Source: Squalus acanthias (lineage: Eukaryota). Taken from it: a stretch of 64,000 nucleotides of DNA. A program made the translations under genes and the position numbers. The notes beneath the pieces were generated by a model, which was not told the origin of the DNA, ran no database searches, and was given only the letters and a program-made list of their open reading frames with translations. The stretch lies in the NCBI GenBank assembly GCA_030390025.1, contig CM059438.1, positions 58,778,001-58,842,000 on the forward strand, in the 5' to 3' direction. Shown here piece after piece: positions 23,062 to 34,543 of this stretch; positions within the stretch are counted from its first letter, which is position 1; each line of letters begins with the position of its first letter.

Positions 23062-24012
23062 ATGGCAGGGCAGCTCGGCAGCGTGGAGTGCTCCTCCTGT
23101 GCTATGTGGGAAGTCAGGGACACTTTTGGTGTCCAGGGCGAACACATGTGCAGGAAGTGTCTCCAGCTGCAGCTACTCGAAATCCATGTTTCGGAGCTGG
23201 AGCTGCGGCTGGAGTCACTGTGGAGCATCCGCGAAGCTGAGATCTTCGTGGATAGCACGTTTAACGAGGTGGTCACACCGCAGGTAAAGGGTGCACAGGC
23301 AGACAGGAAATGGGTGACCGCCAGACAGGGCAAAAGAACTAGGAAGGTAGTGCAGGAGTCCCCTGGGTCCATCTCCCTCTCCAACAGATTCTCCGTTTTA
23401 GATACTGCTGGGGGAGATGGTTTCTCAGGGGAATGCAGCAAGAGCCAAGTCCGTGGCACTACGAGTGGCTCAGCTGCACAGGAGGGGAGGAAAAAGAGTG
23501 GGAGAGCAATAGTGATAGGCGATTCTATCGTAAGGGGAACAGATAGACGTTTCTGTGGCCGCAGACGTGACTCCAGGATGGTATGTTGCCTCCCTGGTGC
23601 CAGGGTCAAGGATGTCACTGAATGGCTGCAGGGCATTCTGAAAGGGGAGGGCGAACAGTCAGAGGTCGTGGTTCACATTGGTAACAACGATATGGGTAGA
23701 AAGAGGGATGAGGTCCTGCAACAAGAATTTAGGGAACTAGGTAGCAGATTAAAAAGCAGGACCTCAAAGGTTGTAATCTCTGGATTACTCCCGGTGCCAC
23801 GTGCTAGTGAGTATAGGAATAGGAGGATAGAGCAGATGAATGCATGGCTAAAGAGTTGGTGCAGGAGGGAGGGTTTTAGTTTCCTGGATCACTGGGTCTG
23901 CTTCTGGGGAAGGTGGGACCTGTACAAGTCGGACGGGTTGCACCTGAGCCGGAACGGGACCAACATCCTTGCGGGGAAGTTTGCTAGTACTGTTGGGGGG
24001 GGTTTAAACTAA
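23062..24012 (+). CDS. CR1 ORF1p (Cys-rich/leucine-zipper N-terminus + SGNH esterase-like domain), intact 316 aa
   Basis: CSSC...CRKC, heptad leucines, VIGDS, PGA, HIGNND and DGLH motifs. Confidence 0.9.
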   Translation: MAGQLGSVECSSCAMWEVRDTFGVQGEHMCRKCLQLQLLEIHVSELELRLESLWSIREAEIFVDSTFNEVVTPQVKGAQADRKWVTARQGKRTRKVVQESPGSISLSNRFSVLDTAGGDGFSGECSKSQVRGTTSGSAAQEGRKKSGRAIVIGDSIVRGTDRRFCGRRRDSRMVCCLPGARVKDVTEWLQGILKGEGEQSEVVVHIGNNDMGRKRDEVLQQEFRELGSRLKSRTSKVVISGLLPVPRASEYRNRRIEQMNAWLKSWCRREGFSFLDHWVCFWGRWDLYKSDGLHLSRNGTNILAGKFASTVGGGLN

Positions 24013-24130
24013 CTTGGCAGGGGGATGGGATACGGAGTGGAGCTATAGTAGGGGGTGATGCACAGCCAAATATAGAGGAAAAAACAAGTCAGCCTGGAAG
24101 GCAGAGCAAATATGTAATGGCACAGGGAGT

Positions 24131-26939
24131 ATGGTAAGGCTGGATGGCATTTATTTTAATGCAAGAAGTCTTGCGATTAAGGCAGATGAATTGACGGTGT
24201 TGATGAACACATGGGAGTATGATATTGTTGCTATCACAGAGACATGGGTGAGGGAGGGGCAGGACTGGCAGCTCAATATTCCGGGGTATAGAATCTTCAG
24301 GCGAGACAGAGGGGGGTGTAAAAGAGGGGGTGTCGCAATATTAATCAAGGAGTCAATTACTGCTGTAAGGAGGGATGATATCTTAGCTGGTTCCTCTAAT
24401 GAGGCCATATGGGTAGAACTTAAAAACAAAAAGGGGGCAAGCACTTTGCTGGGAGTGTACTATAGGCCCCCAAACAGTCAGGGGGAGATAGAGGAACAGA
24501 TATGTAGGCAAATCTCAGAAGTGTAGAAATAATAGGGTAATAATAGTAGGAGATTTCAACTTCCCCAATATTAACTGGGATAGTCAGAGTGTGAAAGGCT
24601 TAGAGTGTGCGGAATTCTTAAAGTGCATCCAGGAGAGCTTTTTGAGCCAGCATGTAGAAAGTCCTACAAGAGAGGGGGCGGTACTGGACTTAACTCCAGG
24701 GAATGTAGCTGGGCAAGTGGTAGAAGTGTCAGTAGGAGAGTATTTTGGTGACAGTGACCATAATTCGGTGAGATTTAAGGTAGTCATGGAAAAGGACAAA
24801 GATGGACCGGAAATAAAGGTTCTAAATTGGGGGAAGGCCGATTTTAATATGATAAGGCAGGATCTGGCCAAAGTGGACTGGGATCAGCTACTTGTAGGAA
24901 AATCCACATCAGAGCAGTGGGAGTCTTTCAGAAAGGAAATAGAGAGAGTACAACGGCAACATGTTCCCGTAAAGGTCAAGGGTGGGACCAAAAAGCCCAG
25001 GGAACCCTGGATGTCAAGGGATATACAAGAATGGATTAGGGAAAAAAGGGAGGCTTTTGGCAGATACAAAGGACCAAAAACAGTGCAAGCCCTAGAGAAG
25101 TATAGAAAGTGCAGGGGGTTACTTAAAAAAGAAATTAGGAGAGCGAAGAGGGGGCATGAAAAAACACTGGCGGGCAAAATAAAGGAAAATCCCAAGGTGT
25201 TTTATAAGTATATTAAGGGCAAGATGATAATCAGGGAAAGAGTAGGGCCCATTAGGGACCAAAGTGGCAATCTGTGTGTAGAGCCGGAAGTTGCAGGTGA
25301 GGTTTTTAAATGAATATTTTGCATCTGTGTTCACTATGGAGAAGGACGATGTAGGCATAGAAATCAGGCAGGGGGATTGTGATATACTTGAACAAATTAG
25401 TATTGAGAGGGAGGAGGTACTAGTGGTTTTAGCTGGCTTAAAAGTGGATAAATCCCTAGGCCCAGATGAGATGTATCCCAGGCTGCTGTGTGAGGCAAGG
25501 GAGGAGATTGCAGGAGCTCTGACACAAATTTTCAGAACCTCCCTGGCCACAGGGGAGGTGCCAGAGGACTGGAGAACAGCTAACGTAGTACCATTATTTA
25601 AGAAGGGTAGTAGGGATAAATCAGGGAATTACAGGCCAGTGAGCCTAACATCAGTGGTAGGGAAATTATTGGAAAAAATTCTGAGGCACAGAATTAGTCT
25701 CCACTTGGAGAGGCAAGGATTAATCAAGGATAGTCAGCATGGCTTTCTCAGGGGGAGATCATGTCTAACCAATTTGATTGAATTTTTCGAGGGGGTGACT
25801 AGGTGTGTGGATGAGGGTAGTGCAGTTGATGTAGTCTACATGGACTTCAGTAAGACTTTTGACAACGTCCCGCATGGGAGACTGGTCAAGAAGGTAAGAG
25901 CCCATGGGATCCAGGGCAATTTGGCACATTGGATCCAAAATTGGCTTAGTGGCAGGAGGCAGAGGGTGATGGTCGAAGGTTGTTTTTGTGACTGGAAGCC
26001 TGTGTCCAGTGGTGTACCGCAGGGATCGGTGCTGGGTCCTTTGCTGTTTGTAGTGTACATTAATGATTTAGATATGAATGTAGGAGGTATGATCAGTAAG
26101 TTTGCAGATAACACAAAAATTGGTGGAGTGGTAAATAGCGAGGAGGGAAGCCTCAGACTACAGGACGATATAGACAGGTTGGTCAGATGGGCAGAACAGT
26201 GGCAAATGGAATTTAACCCTGAAAAGTGTGAGGTGATGCATTTTGGGAGGACTAACAAGGCAAGGGAATACACAATGAATGGTAGGACCCTAGGAAGGAC
26301 AGAGGATCAGAGGGACCTTGGTGTGCATGTACATAGATCCCTGAAGGCAGCAGGACAGGTAGATAAGGTGGTTAAAAAGGCATATGGGATACTTGCCTTC
26401 ATTAGCCGAGGCATAGAATATAAGAGCAGGGAGGTTATGATGGAGCTGTACAAAACGCTAGTTAGGCCACAGCTGGAATACTGTGTGCAGTTCTGGTCTC
26501 CACACTATAGGAAGGATGTGATTGCATTGGAGAGGGTGCAGAGGAGATTCACCAGGATGTTACCTGGCTGGAGCGCTTCAGCTATGAACAGAGACTGGAC
26601 AGGCTGGGGTTGTTTTCCTTAGAGTAGAGAAGGCTGAGGGGGGACCTGATTGAGGTGTACAAAATTATGAGGGGCATAGATAGGGTAGATAGAGGGGAAC
26701 TTTTCCCCTTGGTGGAGGGGTCAATAACCAGGGGGCATAGTTTCAAGGTAAGGGGCAGGGGGTTTAGAGGGGATTTGAGGAAAAACTTTTTCACCCAGAG
26801 GGTGGTTGGAATCTGGAACTCACTGCCTGAAAGTGTGGTAGAGACAGGAACCCTCACAACATTCAAGAAGCATTTAGATGAGCACATGAAACGCCATAGC
26901 ATACAAGGCTACGGACCAAGTGCTGGAAAATGGGATTAG
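24131..26939 (+). pseudogene. CR1 ORF2 (APE endonuclease + reverse transcriptase), disrupted
   Basis: Split over ORFs 24131-24526, 24591-25313, 25291-26622 and 26655-26939; motifs [20 protein letters not shown]; catalytic FADD reads FADN. Confidence 0.92.
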
Positions 26940-27021
26940 AATGGACAGTGCTTGATGGCCGGCGTGGACATGATGGGCTGAATGGCCTCTTTCTGTGCTG
27001 TATAACTCTATGACTCTATGA

Positions 27022-27626
27022 GTGTGTTGTCTCAGTGTGTACTGTGTATGTAGAGGTCAAGTGTGTAGTCTCAGTGTGTACTGTTTATGTACAGTTCGAG
27101 TGTGTAGTCTCAGTGTGTACTGTTTATGTACAGGTCGAGTGTGTAGTCTCACTGTGTACTGTTTATGTACAGGTCGAGTGTGTTGTCTCACTGTGTACTG
27201 TTTATGTACAGGTCGAGTGTGTAGTCTCACTGTGTACCGTTTATGTACAGGTCGAGTGTGTAGTCTCACTGTGTACTGTGTATGTACAGGTCGAGTGTGT
27301 AGTCTCACTGTGTACTGTTTATGTACAGGTCGAGTGCGTAGTCTCACTGTGTACTGTTTATGTACAGGTCGAGTGCGTAGTCTCACTGTGTACTGTTTAT
27401 GTACAGGTCGAGTGTGTAGTCTCACTGTGTACCGTTTATGTACAGGTCGAGTGTGTAGTCTCACTGTGTACTGTTTATGTACAGGTCGAGTGCGTAGTCT
27501 CACTGTGTACCATTTATGTAGAGGTCGAGTGTGTAGTCTCAGTGTGTTCTGTGTATGTACAGGTCGAGTGTGTAGTCTCAGTGTGTTCTGTGTATGTACT
27601 GGTCGAGTGTGTAGTCTCAGTGTATA
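27022..27626. repeat. 39-bp minisatellite, segment 3
   Basis: Same unit. Confidence 0.95.
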
Positions 27627-28724
27627 ACATAGAAACACAGAAAAATAGGAGCAGGAGTAGGCCATTCAGCCCTTCGAACCTGCTCCGCCATTCAATATGA
27701 TCATGGCTGATCCTCTATCTCAATACTATATTCCCGCTCTCTCCCCATATCCCTTGACGCCTTTTTGTCTAGAAATCTATCTACCTCCTTCTTAAATATA
27801 TTCAGCGACTTGGCCTCCACAGTGGTAGCGACTTCCACAGGTTCACCACCCTCTGAGTGAAGAAATTTCTCCTCATCTCAGTCCTAAATGTCTTACCCCG
27901 TATCCTGAGACTGTGACCCCCTCGTTCTAGACCCCCCAGCCAGGGGAAACATCCTCCCTGCATCCAGTCTGTCTAGCCCTGTCAGAATTTTATACGTTTC
28001 AATGAGATCCCCTCTCATTCTTCTAAACTCTAGTGAATACAGGCCTAATCGACCCAATTTCTCCTCATACGACAGTCCTGCCATCCCAGGAATCAGTCTG
28101 GTGAACCTTTGCTGCACTCCCACTATGGCAAATATATCCTTTCTTAGGTAAGGAGACCAAAACTGCACACAGTACTCCAGGTGTGGTCTCACCAAGGCCC
28201 TGTATAACTGTAGTAAGACATCCTTGCTCCTGTACTCAAATCCTCTTGCAATGAAGGCCAACATACCATTTGCCTTCCTAACTGCTTGCTGCACTTGCAT
28301 GTTTGCTTTCAGTGACTGGTGTACAAGGACACCCAGGTCCCTTTGTACATCAACATTTCCCAATCTATCACCATTTAAATAATACTCTACCTTTCTGTTT
28401 TTCCTACTGAAGTGGATAACTTCACATTTATCCACGTTATACTGCATCTGCCATGTATTTGCCCACTCACTCAACTTGTCTAAATCGCCTTGAAGCCTCT
28501 TTGCATCCTCCTCACAACTCACAATCCCACCTAGTTTCGTGTCGTCAGCAAACTTGGAAATATTACATTTGGTTCCCTCATCCAAATCATTGATATATAT
28601 TGTGAATAGCTGGGGCCCAAGCATTGATCGCTGCAGTACCCCACTAGTCACTGCCTGCCACCCCGAAAAAGACCCATTTATTCCTACTCTCTGTTTCCTG
28701 TCCTGTTAACCAATTTTCAATCCA
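27627..28724 (-). mobile_element. CR1 3' fragment (~1.1 kb), copy 2 (duplicate of 21357-22450)
   Basis: ORF 27893-28651 is nearly identical to ORF 21624-22205 and has the same junctions. Confidence 0.95.
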
Positions 28725-29011
28725 TGTGTACTGTGTATGTACAGGTCGAGTGTGTAAGTTCAGTGTGTTCTGTGTATGTACAGGTCGAGTGTGTAAGTTC
28801 AGTGTGTTCTGTGTATGTACAGGTCGAGTGTGTAAGTTCAGTGTGTTCTGTGTATGTACAGGTCGAGTGTGTAGTCTCACTGTGTACTGTGTATGTACAG
28901 GTCGAGTGTGTAGTCTCAGTGTGTACTGTGTATGTACAGGTCGAGTGTGTAGTTTCACTGTGTACTGTGTATGTACAGGTCGAGTGTGCAGTCTCAGTGT
29001 GTACTGTGTAT
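28725..29011. repeat. 39-bp minisatellite, segment 4
   Basis: Same unit. Confidence 0.93.
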
Positions 29012-29388
29012 CATAGAATGATATCGCACAGAAGGAGGCCATTCGGACCCTCGCATTTGTGCTGGCTCTTTGAAAGAGCTATCCAGTTAGTCCCATTCCC
29101 CTGCTCTTTCCCCATAGCTCTGTAAATGTTTTCGCTTCAGTTATTTATCCAATTTCCCTGTGGAAAGTTATTATTGAATCTGCTTCTGCCGCCTGTTCAG
29201 GCAGTGTGTACCAGATCACTACAACTTGCTATATAAAGAAATATGTTCTCATGTCGCCTCTGGTTCTTTTGCCGATTACCTTAAATCTGTGTCCTCTGGT
29301 TCCCGACCCTCCTGCCACTGGAAACAGTTTCATCTTATTCACTCTATCAAAGCCCTTCATGATTTTGAACACTTCTATCAAATCTCTG
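29012..29388 (-). mobile_element. CR1 3' fragment
   Basis: DLIEVFKIMKGFDRVNKMKLFPVAGGSGTRGHRFKVIG plus 3' UTR. Confidence 0.88.
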
Positions 29389-29437
29389 CTGTAAGATGTA
29401 TGCATAGGTTGTGTGCCCCGTCTCGGTGTGCCATTAC

Positions 29438-29604
29438 CTGGAGGGGTGTCCGGTGCAGGATTCAGCCAGTCCTGTTTGTTGGTTTGAGCCACTTCCTGCT
29501 CAATATTCTCCATGGTCTGGTGTAACGTGTCATGTTTGATGTCCAGTAAATTGACGAACGTGTCCAATCCAAGTAACACAAAGCTATACCAGTACTTCCC
29601 GAAT
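29438..29604 (-). CDS. Exon B of TTC28-like CHAT-domain gene
   Basis: Acceptor gtgtcactgcAG, donor cag|GTaatg; 167 nt (phase 2 in, phase 1 out), in frame with exons A and C. Encodes (R)FGKYWYSFVLLGLDTFVNLLDIKHDTLHQTMENIEQEVAQTNKQDWLNPAPDTPP, including the CHAT-terminal WxxFVLxG motif. Confidence 0.85.
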
Positions 29605-29612
29605 CTGCAGTG

Positions 29613-29908
29613 ACACAAACACTCCCTCACACCAGCAGAACACAGTGCTGGGAATCAGAAACACAAACACTCCCTCACACCAGCAGAACACAGTGCTGGG
29701 AATCAGGAACACAAACACTCCCTCACACCAGCAGAACACAGTGCTGGGAATCAGAAACACAAACACTCCCTCACACCAGCAGAACACAGTGCTGGGAATC
29801 AGGAACACAAACACTCCCTCACACCAGCAGAACACAGTGCTGGGAATCAGGAACACAAACACTCCCTCACACCAGCAGAACACAGTGCTGGGAATCAGGA
29901 ACACAAAC
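29613..29908. repeat. 48-bp minisatellite (~6 copies) abutting the exon B acceptor
   Basis: Unit acacaaacactccctcacaccagcagaacacagtgctgggaatcag(g/a)a. Confidence 0.95.
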
Positions 29909-29980
29909 AAAATGTGGATGGGGAGTGAGTGTGGATGGAGTGTTCACCTTTATTACAAAAGGATTGGAGTATAAGAATAA

Positions 29981-32900
29981 ATAGTGGTAGGGGATTCGAT
30001 AGTTAGGGGAACAGATAGGCGTTTCTGCGGCCGCAGACTTGACTCCAGGATGGTATGTTGCCTCCCTGGTGCCAGGGTCAAGGATGTCACTGAGCGGCTG
30101 CAGAACATTCTGAGGGGGGAGGGTGAACAGCCAGAGGTCAGAGTCCACATCGGTACCAACGACATAGGTAGAAAGAGGGATGAGATCCTGCAGGCATATT
30201 TTAGGGAGCTAGGAAAGAGAATAAAAAGCAGGACCTCAAAGGTAGTAATCTCCGGATTACTCCCGGTGCCACGCGCGAGTGAGTATAGAAATAGGAGGAT
30301 AGACCAGATGAATGCATGGCTGGAGATATGGTGCAAGAGGGAGGGCTTCAGATTCCTGGGGCATTGGGACCGGTTCTGGGGAAGATGGGACCTGTACAGG
30401 CCGGACGGGTTGCACCTCAACAGAGCCGGAACGAATATCCTCGTGGGGAGGTGCTGTTGTGGAGGGTTTAAACTAAGCTAGCAGGGGGATGGGCACCAGG
30501 ATGCAGCATTAGAAAGGAAAAACAAAGGGCACAAAGGATTGGGAGAGACGGATAGCATTAAAGTAAGAAATAGTAAGGTATTAGGTGGGGTCAGACTAAG
30601 AGAGAACACATGATGGTCTAAGACAGGTTTACAGTGTATGTATGTGAATGCACAAAGCATAATAAACAAGGTTGGTGAGCTGCAGGCGCAAATAGCCACA
30701 TGGGAATATGATGTTGTGGCAATAACAGAGACCAGGCTCAAAAAAGGGCAGGATTGGATATTAAATATTCCTGGATATAAAGTGTGCAGGAAAGATAGGA
30801 GGTGGTGTGGCAGTATTGGTCAAGGAGAATGTTACAGTGCTGGAAAGGGAGGATATCCTGGAGGGGTCAAGGACAGAATCTATATGGCTAGAGTTAAGAA
30901 ATAATAGAGGTGCCATTACACTACTAGGTGTATTCTATAGACCACCAAATAGTGGGAAAAATATGGAGGAGCAAATTTGCAGAGAAATTACAGAGAGATG
31001 CAAGAACTATAGAGTAGTGATAATGGGGGACTTCTACTATTCTAATATAGACTGGGATAGTAATAGTGTAAAGGGCAGAGAGGGGGAAGAATTTCTGAAG
31101 TGTGTTCAGGAGAACTTTCTTGATCAGTACGTTTCCGGCCCAACGAGGAAGGAGGCATTGCTGGATCTGGTTCTGGGGAATGGGGTGGGTCAAGTGTCAG
31201 TAGGTGAACATTTAGGGAACAGTGATCATAGTATCATAAGGTTTAGATTAGCTATGGAAAAGGACAGGGAGCAATCTAGAGTAAAATACTTAATTGGAGG
31301 AAGGCCAATTTCAGTGGGATGAGAACGGATCTGGCCCGGGCAAACTGGAATCAAAGATTGGCAGGCAAAACTGTAATAGAACAATGGGCTGACTTTAAAG
31401 AGGAAATAGTTCGGGTACAGACGAGGTACATTCCCATTAGGGAAAAAGGTAGGGCAACTAAAGTCAGAGCTCCCTGGATGACGAAGGAGATAGAGAGTAA
31501 GATGAAGCAGAAAAAGAGCGCATATGACAGATGTCAGGTCAAGAATACATCTGAGAATCAGGCTAAATATAGAAAGTTCAGAGGAGAAGTGAAAAAGAAA
31601 ATGAGGGGCAAAGAGAGGGTATGAGAATAGAATGGCAGCCAACATAAAAGTTAATCCAAAAGTCTTCTATAGGCATATAAATAGTAAACGGGTAGTAAGA
31701 GAAGGGGTGGGGCCGATTAGGGACCAAAAAGGAGACCTACACATGGAGGCAGAGGGCATGGCTGAGGTACTAAATGAGTACTTTGCATCTGTCTTCACCA
31801 AGGAAGAAGATGCTGCCATAGACATAGTGAAGGAGGAGGTAGAGGAGATACTGGATGGGATAAAAATTGATAAAGAGAAGGTACTAGAAAGGTTGGCTGT
31901 ACTTAAAGTAGATAAGTCACCAGGACCGGATGGGATGCATCCTACAATGCTGAGGGAAGTGAAGGAAGAAATTGCAGAGGTACTGGCCATGATCTTCCAA
32001 TCCTCCTTAGAAATGGGGGTGGTGCCAGAGGACTGTAGAATTGCAAATGTTACACCCTTGTTCAAAAAATGGTGTAAGGATAAATCTAGCAACTACAGGC
32101 CAGTCAATTTAACCTCAGTAGTGGGGAAGCTTTTAAAAACAATAATCAGGGACAAAATTAACAGCCACTTGGACAAGTGTGGATTAATTAAGGAAAGCCA
32201 GCACAGATTTGTTAAAGGCAAATTGTGTTTAACCAACTTGATCGAGTTTTTTGATGAGGTAACAGAGAGGGTTGATGAGGGTAATGCGGTTGACGTGGTG
32301 TACATCGATTTCCAAAAGGCGTTCGACAAAGTGCCACATAATAGGCTTGCCAGCAAAGTTGAAGCCCATGGAATAAAAGGGACAGTGGCAGCATGGATAC
32401 GAAATTGGCTAAGTGACAGGTAACAGAGAGTAGTGGTGAACAGTTGTTTTTCAGACTGGAGGAAGGTATACAGTGGTGTTCCCCAGGGGTCGGTACTAGG
32501 ACCACTGCTTTTCTTGATATATATTACTGACTTGGATGTGGGTGTACCGGACACAATTTCAAAATTTGCAGATGATACAAAACTTGGAAATATAGTAACA
32601 GTGAGGAGGAGAGTAATAGACTTCAAAAGGACATAGACAGGCTGGTGGAATGGGCGGACACATGACAGATGAAATTTAACGCAGAAAAGTGCGAAGTGAT
32701 ACATTTTGGTAGAAAGAATGAGGAGAGGAAATATAAACTAAAGGGTACAATCCTAAAGGGGTGCACGAACAGAGAGACCTGGGGGTATATGTGCACGATT
32801 CGTTGAAGGTGCCAGGGCAGGTTGAGAAAGCAGTTAAAAAAGCTTACGGGATCCTAGGCTTAATGAATAGAGGTATAGAGTACAAAAGTGTGGAAATTAT

Positions 32901-33487
32901 GATGAACTTGTATAAAACACTGGTTCAGCCTCAACTGGAGTATTGTGTCCAATTCTGGGCACCACACTTTAGAAAGAATGTGAAGGCCTTAGAGAGGGTG
33001 CAGAAAAGATTTACGAGAATGATTCCAGGGATGAGGGACTTCAGTTACGTGGATAGACTGGAAAAGCTGGGGTTGTTCTCCTTAGAGCAGAGAAGAGTGA
33101 GAGGAGATTTGATAGAGGTGTTCAAAATCATGAAGGGTCTGGACAGAGTAGATAGAGAGAAACTGTTCCCATTGGCAGAAGGGTCGAGAACCAGAGGACA
33201 CAGATTTAAGGTAATTGGCAAAAGACCCAAAGGCGACATAAGAAAAAACTTTTTTCCACAGCGAGTGGTTAGGATCTGGAATTCACTGCCTAAAAGGGTG
33301 GTGGAGGCAGACTCAATCATGGCTTTCAAAAGGGAGTTGGATAAGTACCTGAAGGAAAGAAATTTGCAGGGCTACGGGGAAAGGGCGGGGGAGTGGGACT
33401 AGCTGAAGTGCTCTTGCAGAGAGCCGGCACGGGCTCGACGGGCCGAATGGCCTTCTTCCGTGCTGTAACCATTCTATGATTCTATGA
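29981..33487 (+). mobile_element. 5'-truncated CR1 LINE (partial ORF1 + disrupted ORF2)
   Basis: ORF 29984-30481 (SGNH part), ORF2 fragments 30638-33402, (attctatg)n tail. Confidence 0.95.
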
Positions 33488-34093
33488 TAAGTCTTACTAC
33501 AATTATACAGGGCCTTGGTGAGACCACACCTGGAGTACTGTGCATAGTTTTGGGTCTCCTCACCTAAGGAAGGATATACTTGCCTTAGAGGGAGTGCAAT
33601 GAAGGTTCCTGGGATGACTGATTCGTGGGATGAGAGGGCTCTCCTATGAGGAGTGATTGAGGAGATTAGGCCTATATCCGCTAGAGTTTAGAAGAATGAA
33701 AGGTGATCTCATTGAAATGTATAAAATTCTTACAGGGCTTGACAGGGTAGATGCTGGGAGGATGTTTCCCCTGGCTGGAGAGTCTAGAACCAGGTGTCAC
33801 AGTCTCAGAATAAGGGGTCGGCCATTTAGGACTGAGATGAGGAGAAATTTCTTCAGTCAGGGTATTGTGAATCTTTGGAATTCTCTTCTCCAGAGTGCTC
33901 TGAATGCTCAGTCGTTGAGTATATTCAAGACAGAGATCAATAGAATTTTGGGCACTAAGGGAACCAAGGGATATGGGGATAGTGCAGGAAAGTGGAGTTG
34001 AGGTAGAAGATCAGCCATGATCTTACTAAATGGTGGAACAGGCTCGAAGGGCCGAATGGCCGACTCCTGCTCCTATTTCTTATGTTCTTATGA
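33488..34093 (+). mobile_element. Older CR1 3' fragment; its 5' stub lies at ~29935-29980
   Basis: VLLQLYRALVRPHLEYC... and ORF 33657-34001; tail cctatttcttatgttcttatg. Confidence 0.9.
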
Positions 34094-34395
34094 TGAATAA
34101 GGGGGCACCAGTGCACTCCACTGGCGACTGGTTACAGAGAAAACACAGCCGGCTGGGGGTCCTAGTGGAAACTGGGAGATTCACTGCTGTTGAAGCTGTG
34201 ACCCTGTCCAAGAGAATCTCAGTGTGTCAGTGTGCCAGAAGGTCCCTAATGGCAGAGCTGTGATCAGCCTTGGACCTTGTGCTGAGCTGTTGGGGGGCAG
34301 TGTTTGGGCTCTGGTTTAAGCTGCAGATTGGTGAAAGGCCACTGAATCCAGTGGCGGTGCTTTCTGCCCAGTAACCTGAAGCAGCTGGTTTGTAC

Positions 34396-34543
34396 CTGGC
34401 GTCGTTCTGCATCTGGTGCTTTGCATATTCCATGGCGCCACTGAGGAAAGAGCCATTCCAAAGAGCAATATAGAAGTGGTGATAGAAGGTGAGTGAGGCC
34501 TGCACTGGAACCGGTTTAATCTGTATCAGCACGGCCGAAGCTC
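34396..34543 (-). CDS. Exon A (most 5' exon found) of a TTC28-like CHAT-domain gene; end of the CHAT domain
   Basis: Acceptor tctcgtctttcaacAG, donor ag|GTacaa; 148 nt (phase 1 in, phase 2 out). Encodes (G)ASAVLIQIKPVPVQASLTFYHHFYIALWNGSFLSGAMEYAKHQMQNDA(R), which resembles the CHAT C-terminal motif of TTC28 as I recall it (GAQCVLVSLWPVPVAASKMFIHAFYSSLLNG). Confidence 0.85.

Larger units (their letters stand above)
22817..27021 (+). mobile_element. Full-length or near full-length CR1 LINE (~4.2 kb)
   Basis: 5' UTR, intact ORF1, frameshifted ORF2 (APE endonuclease + RT), 3' UTR and (ctatgact)n tail; inserted within a 39-bp unit. Confidence 0.97.

Noticed and set aside
2710..34543. Assigning the symbol TTC28
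   Set aside because: Similarity, judged from memory, is motif-level only and too low for a vertebrate orthologue; left as TTC28-like pending phylogeny.
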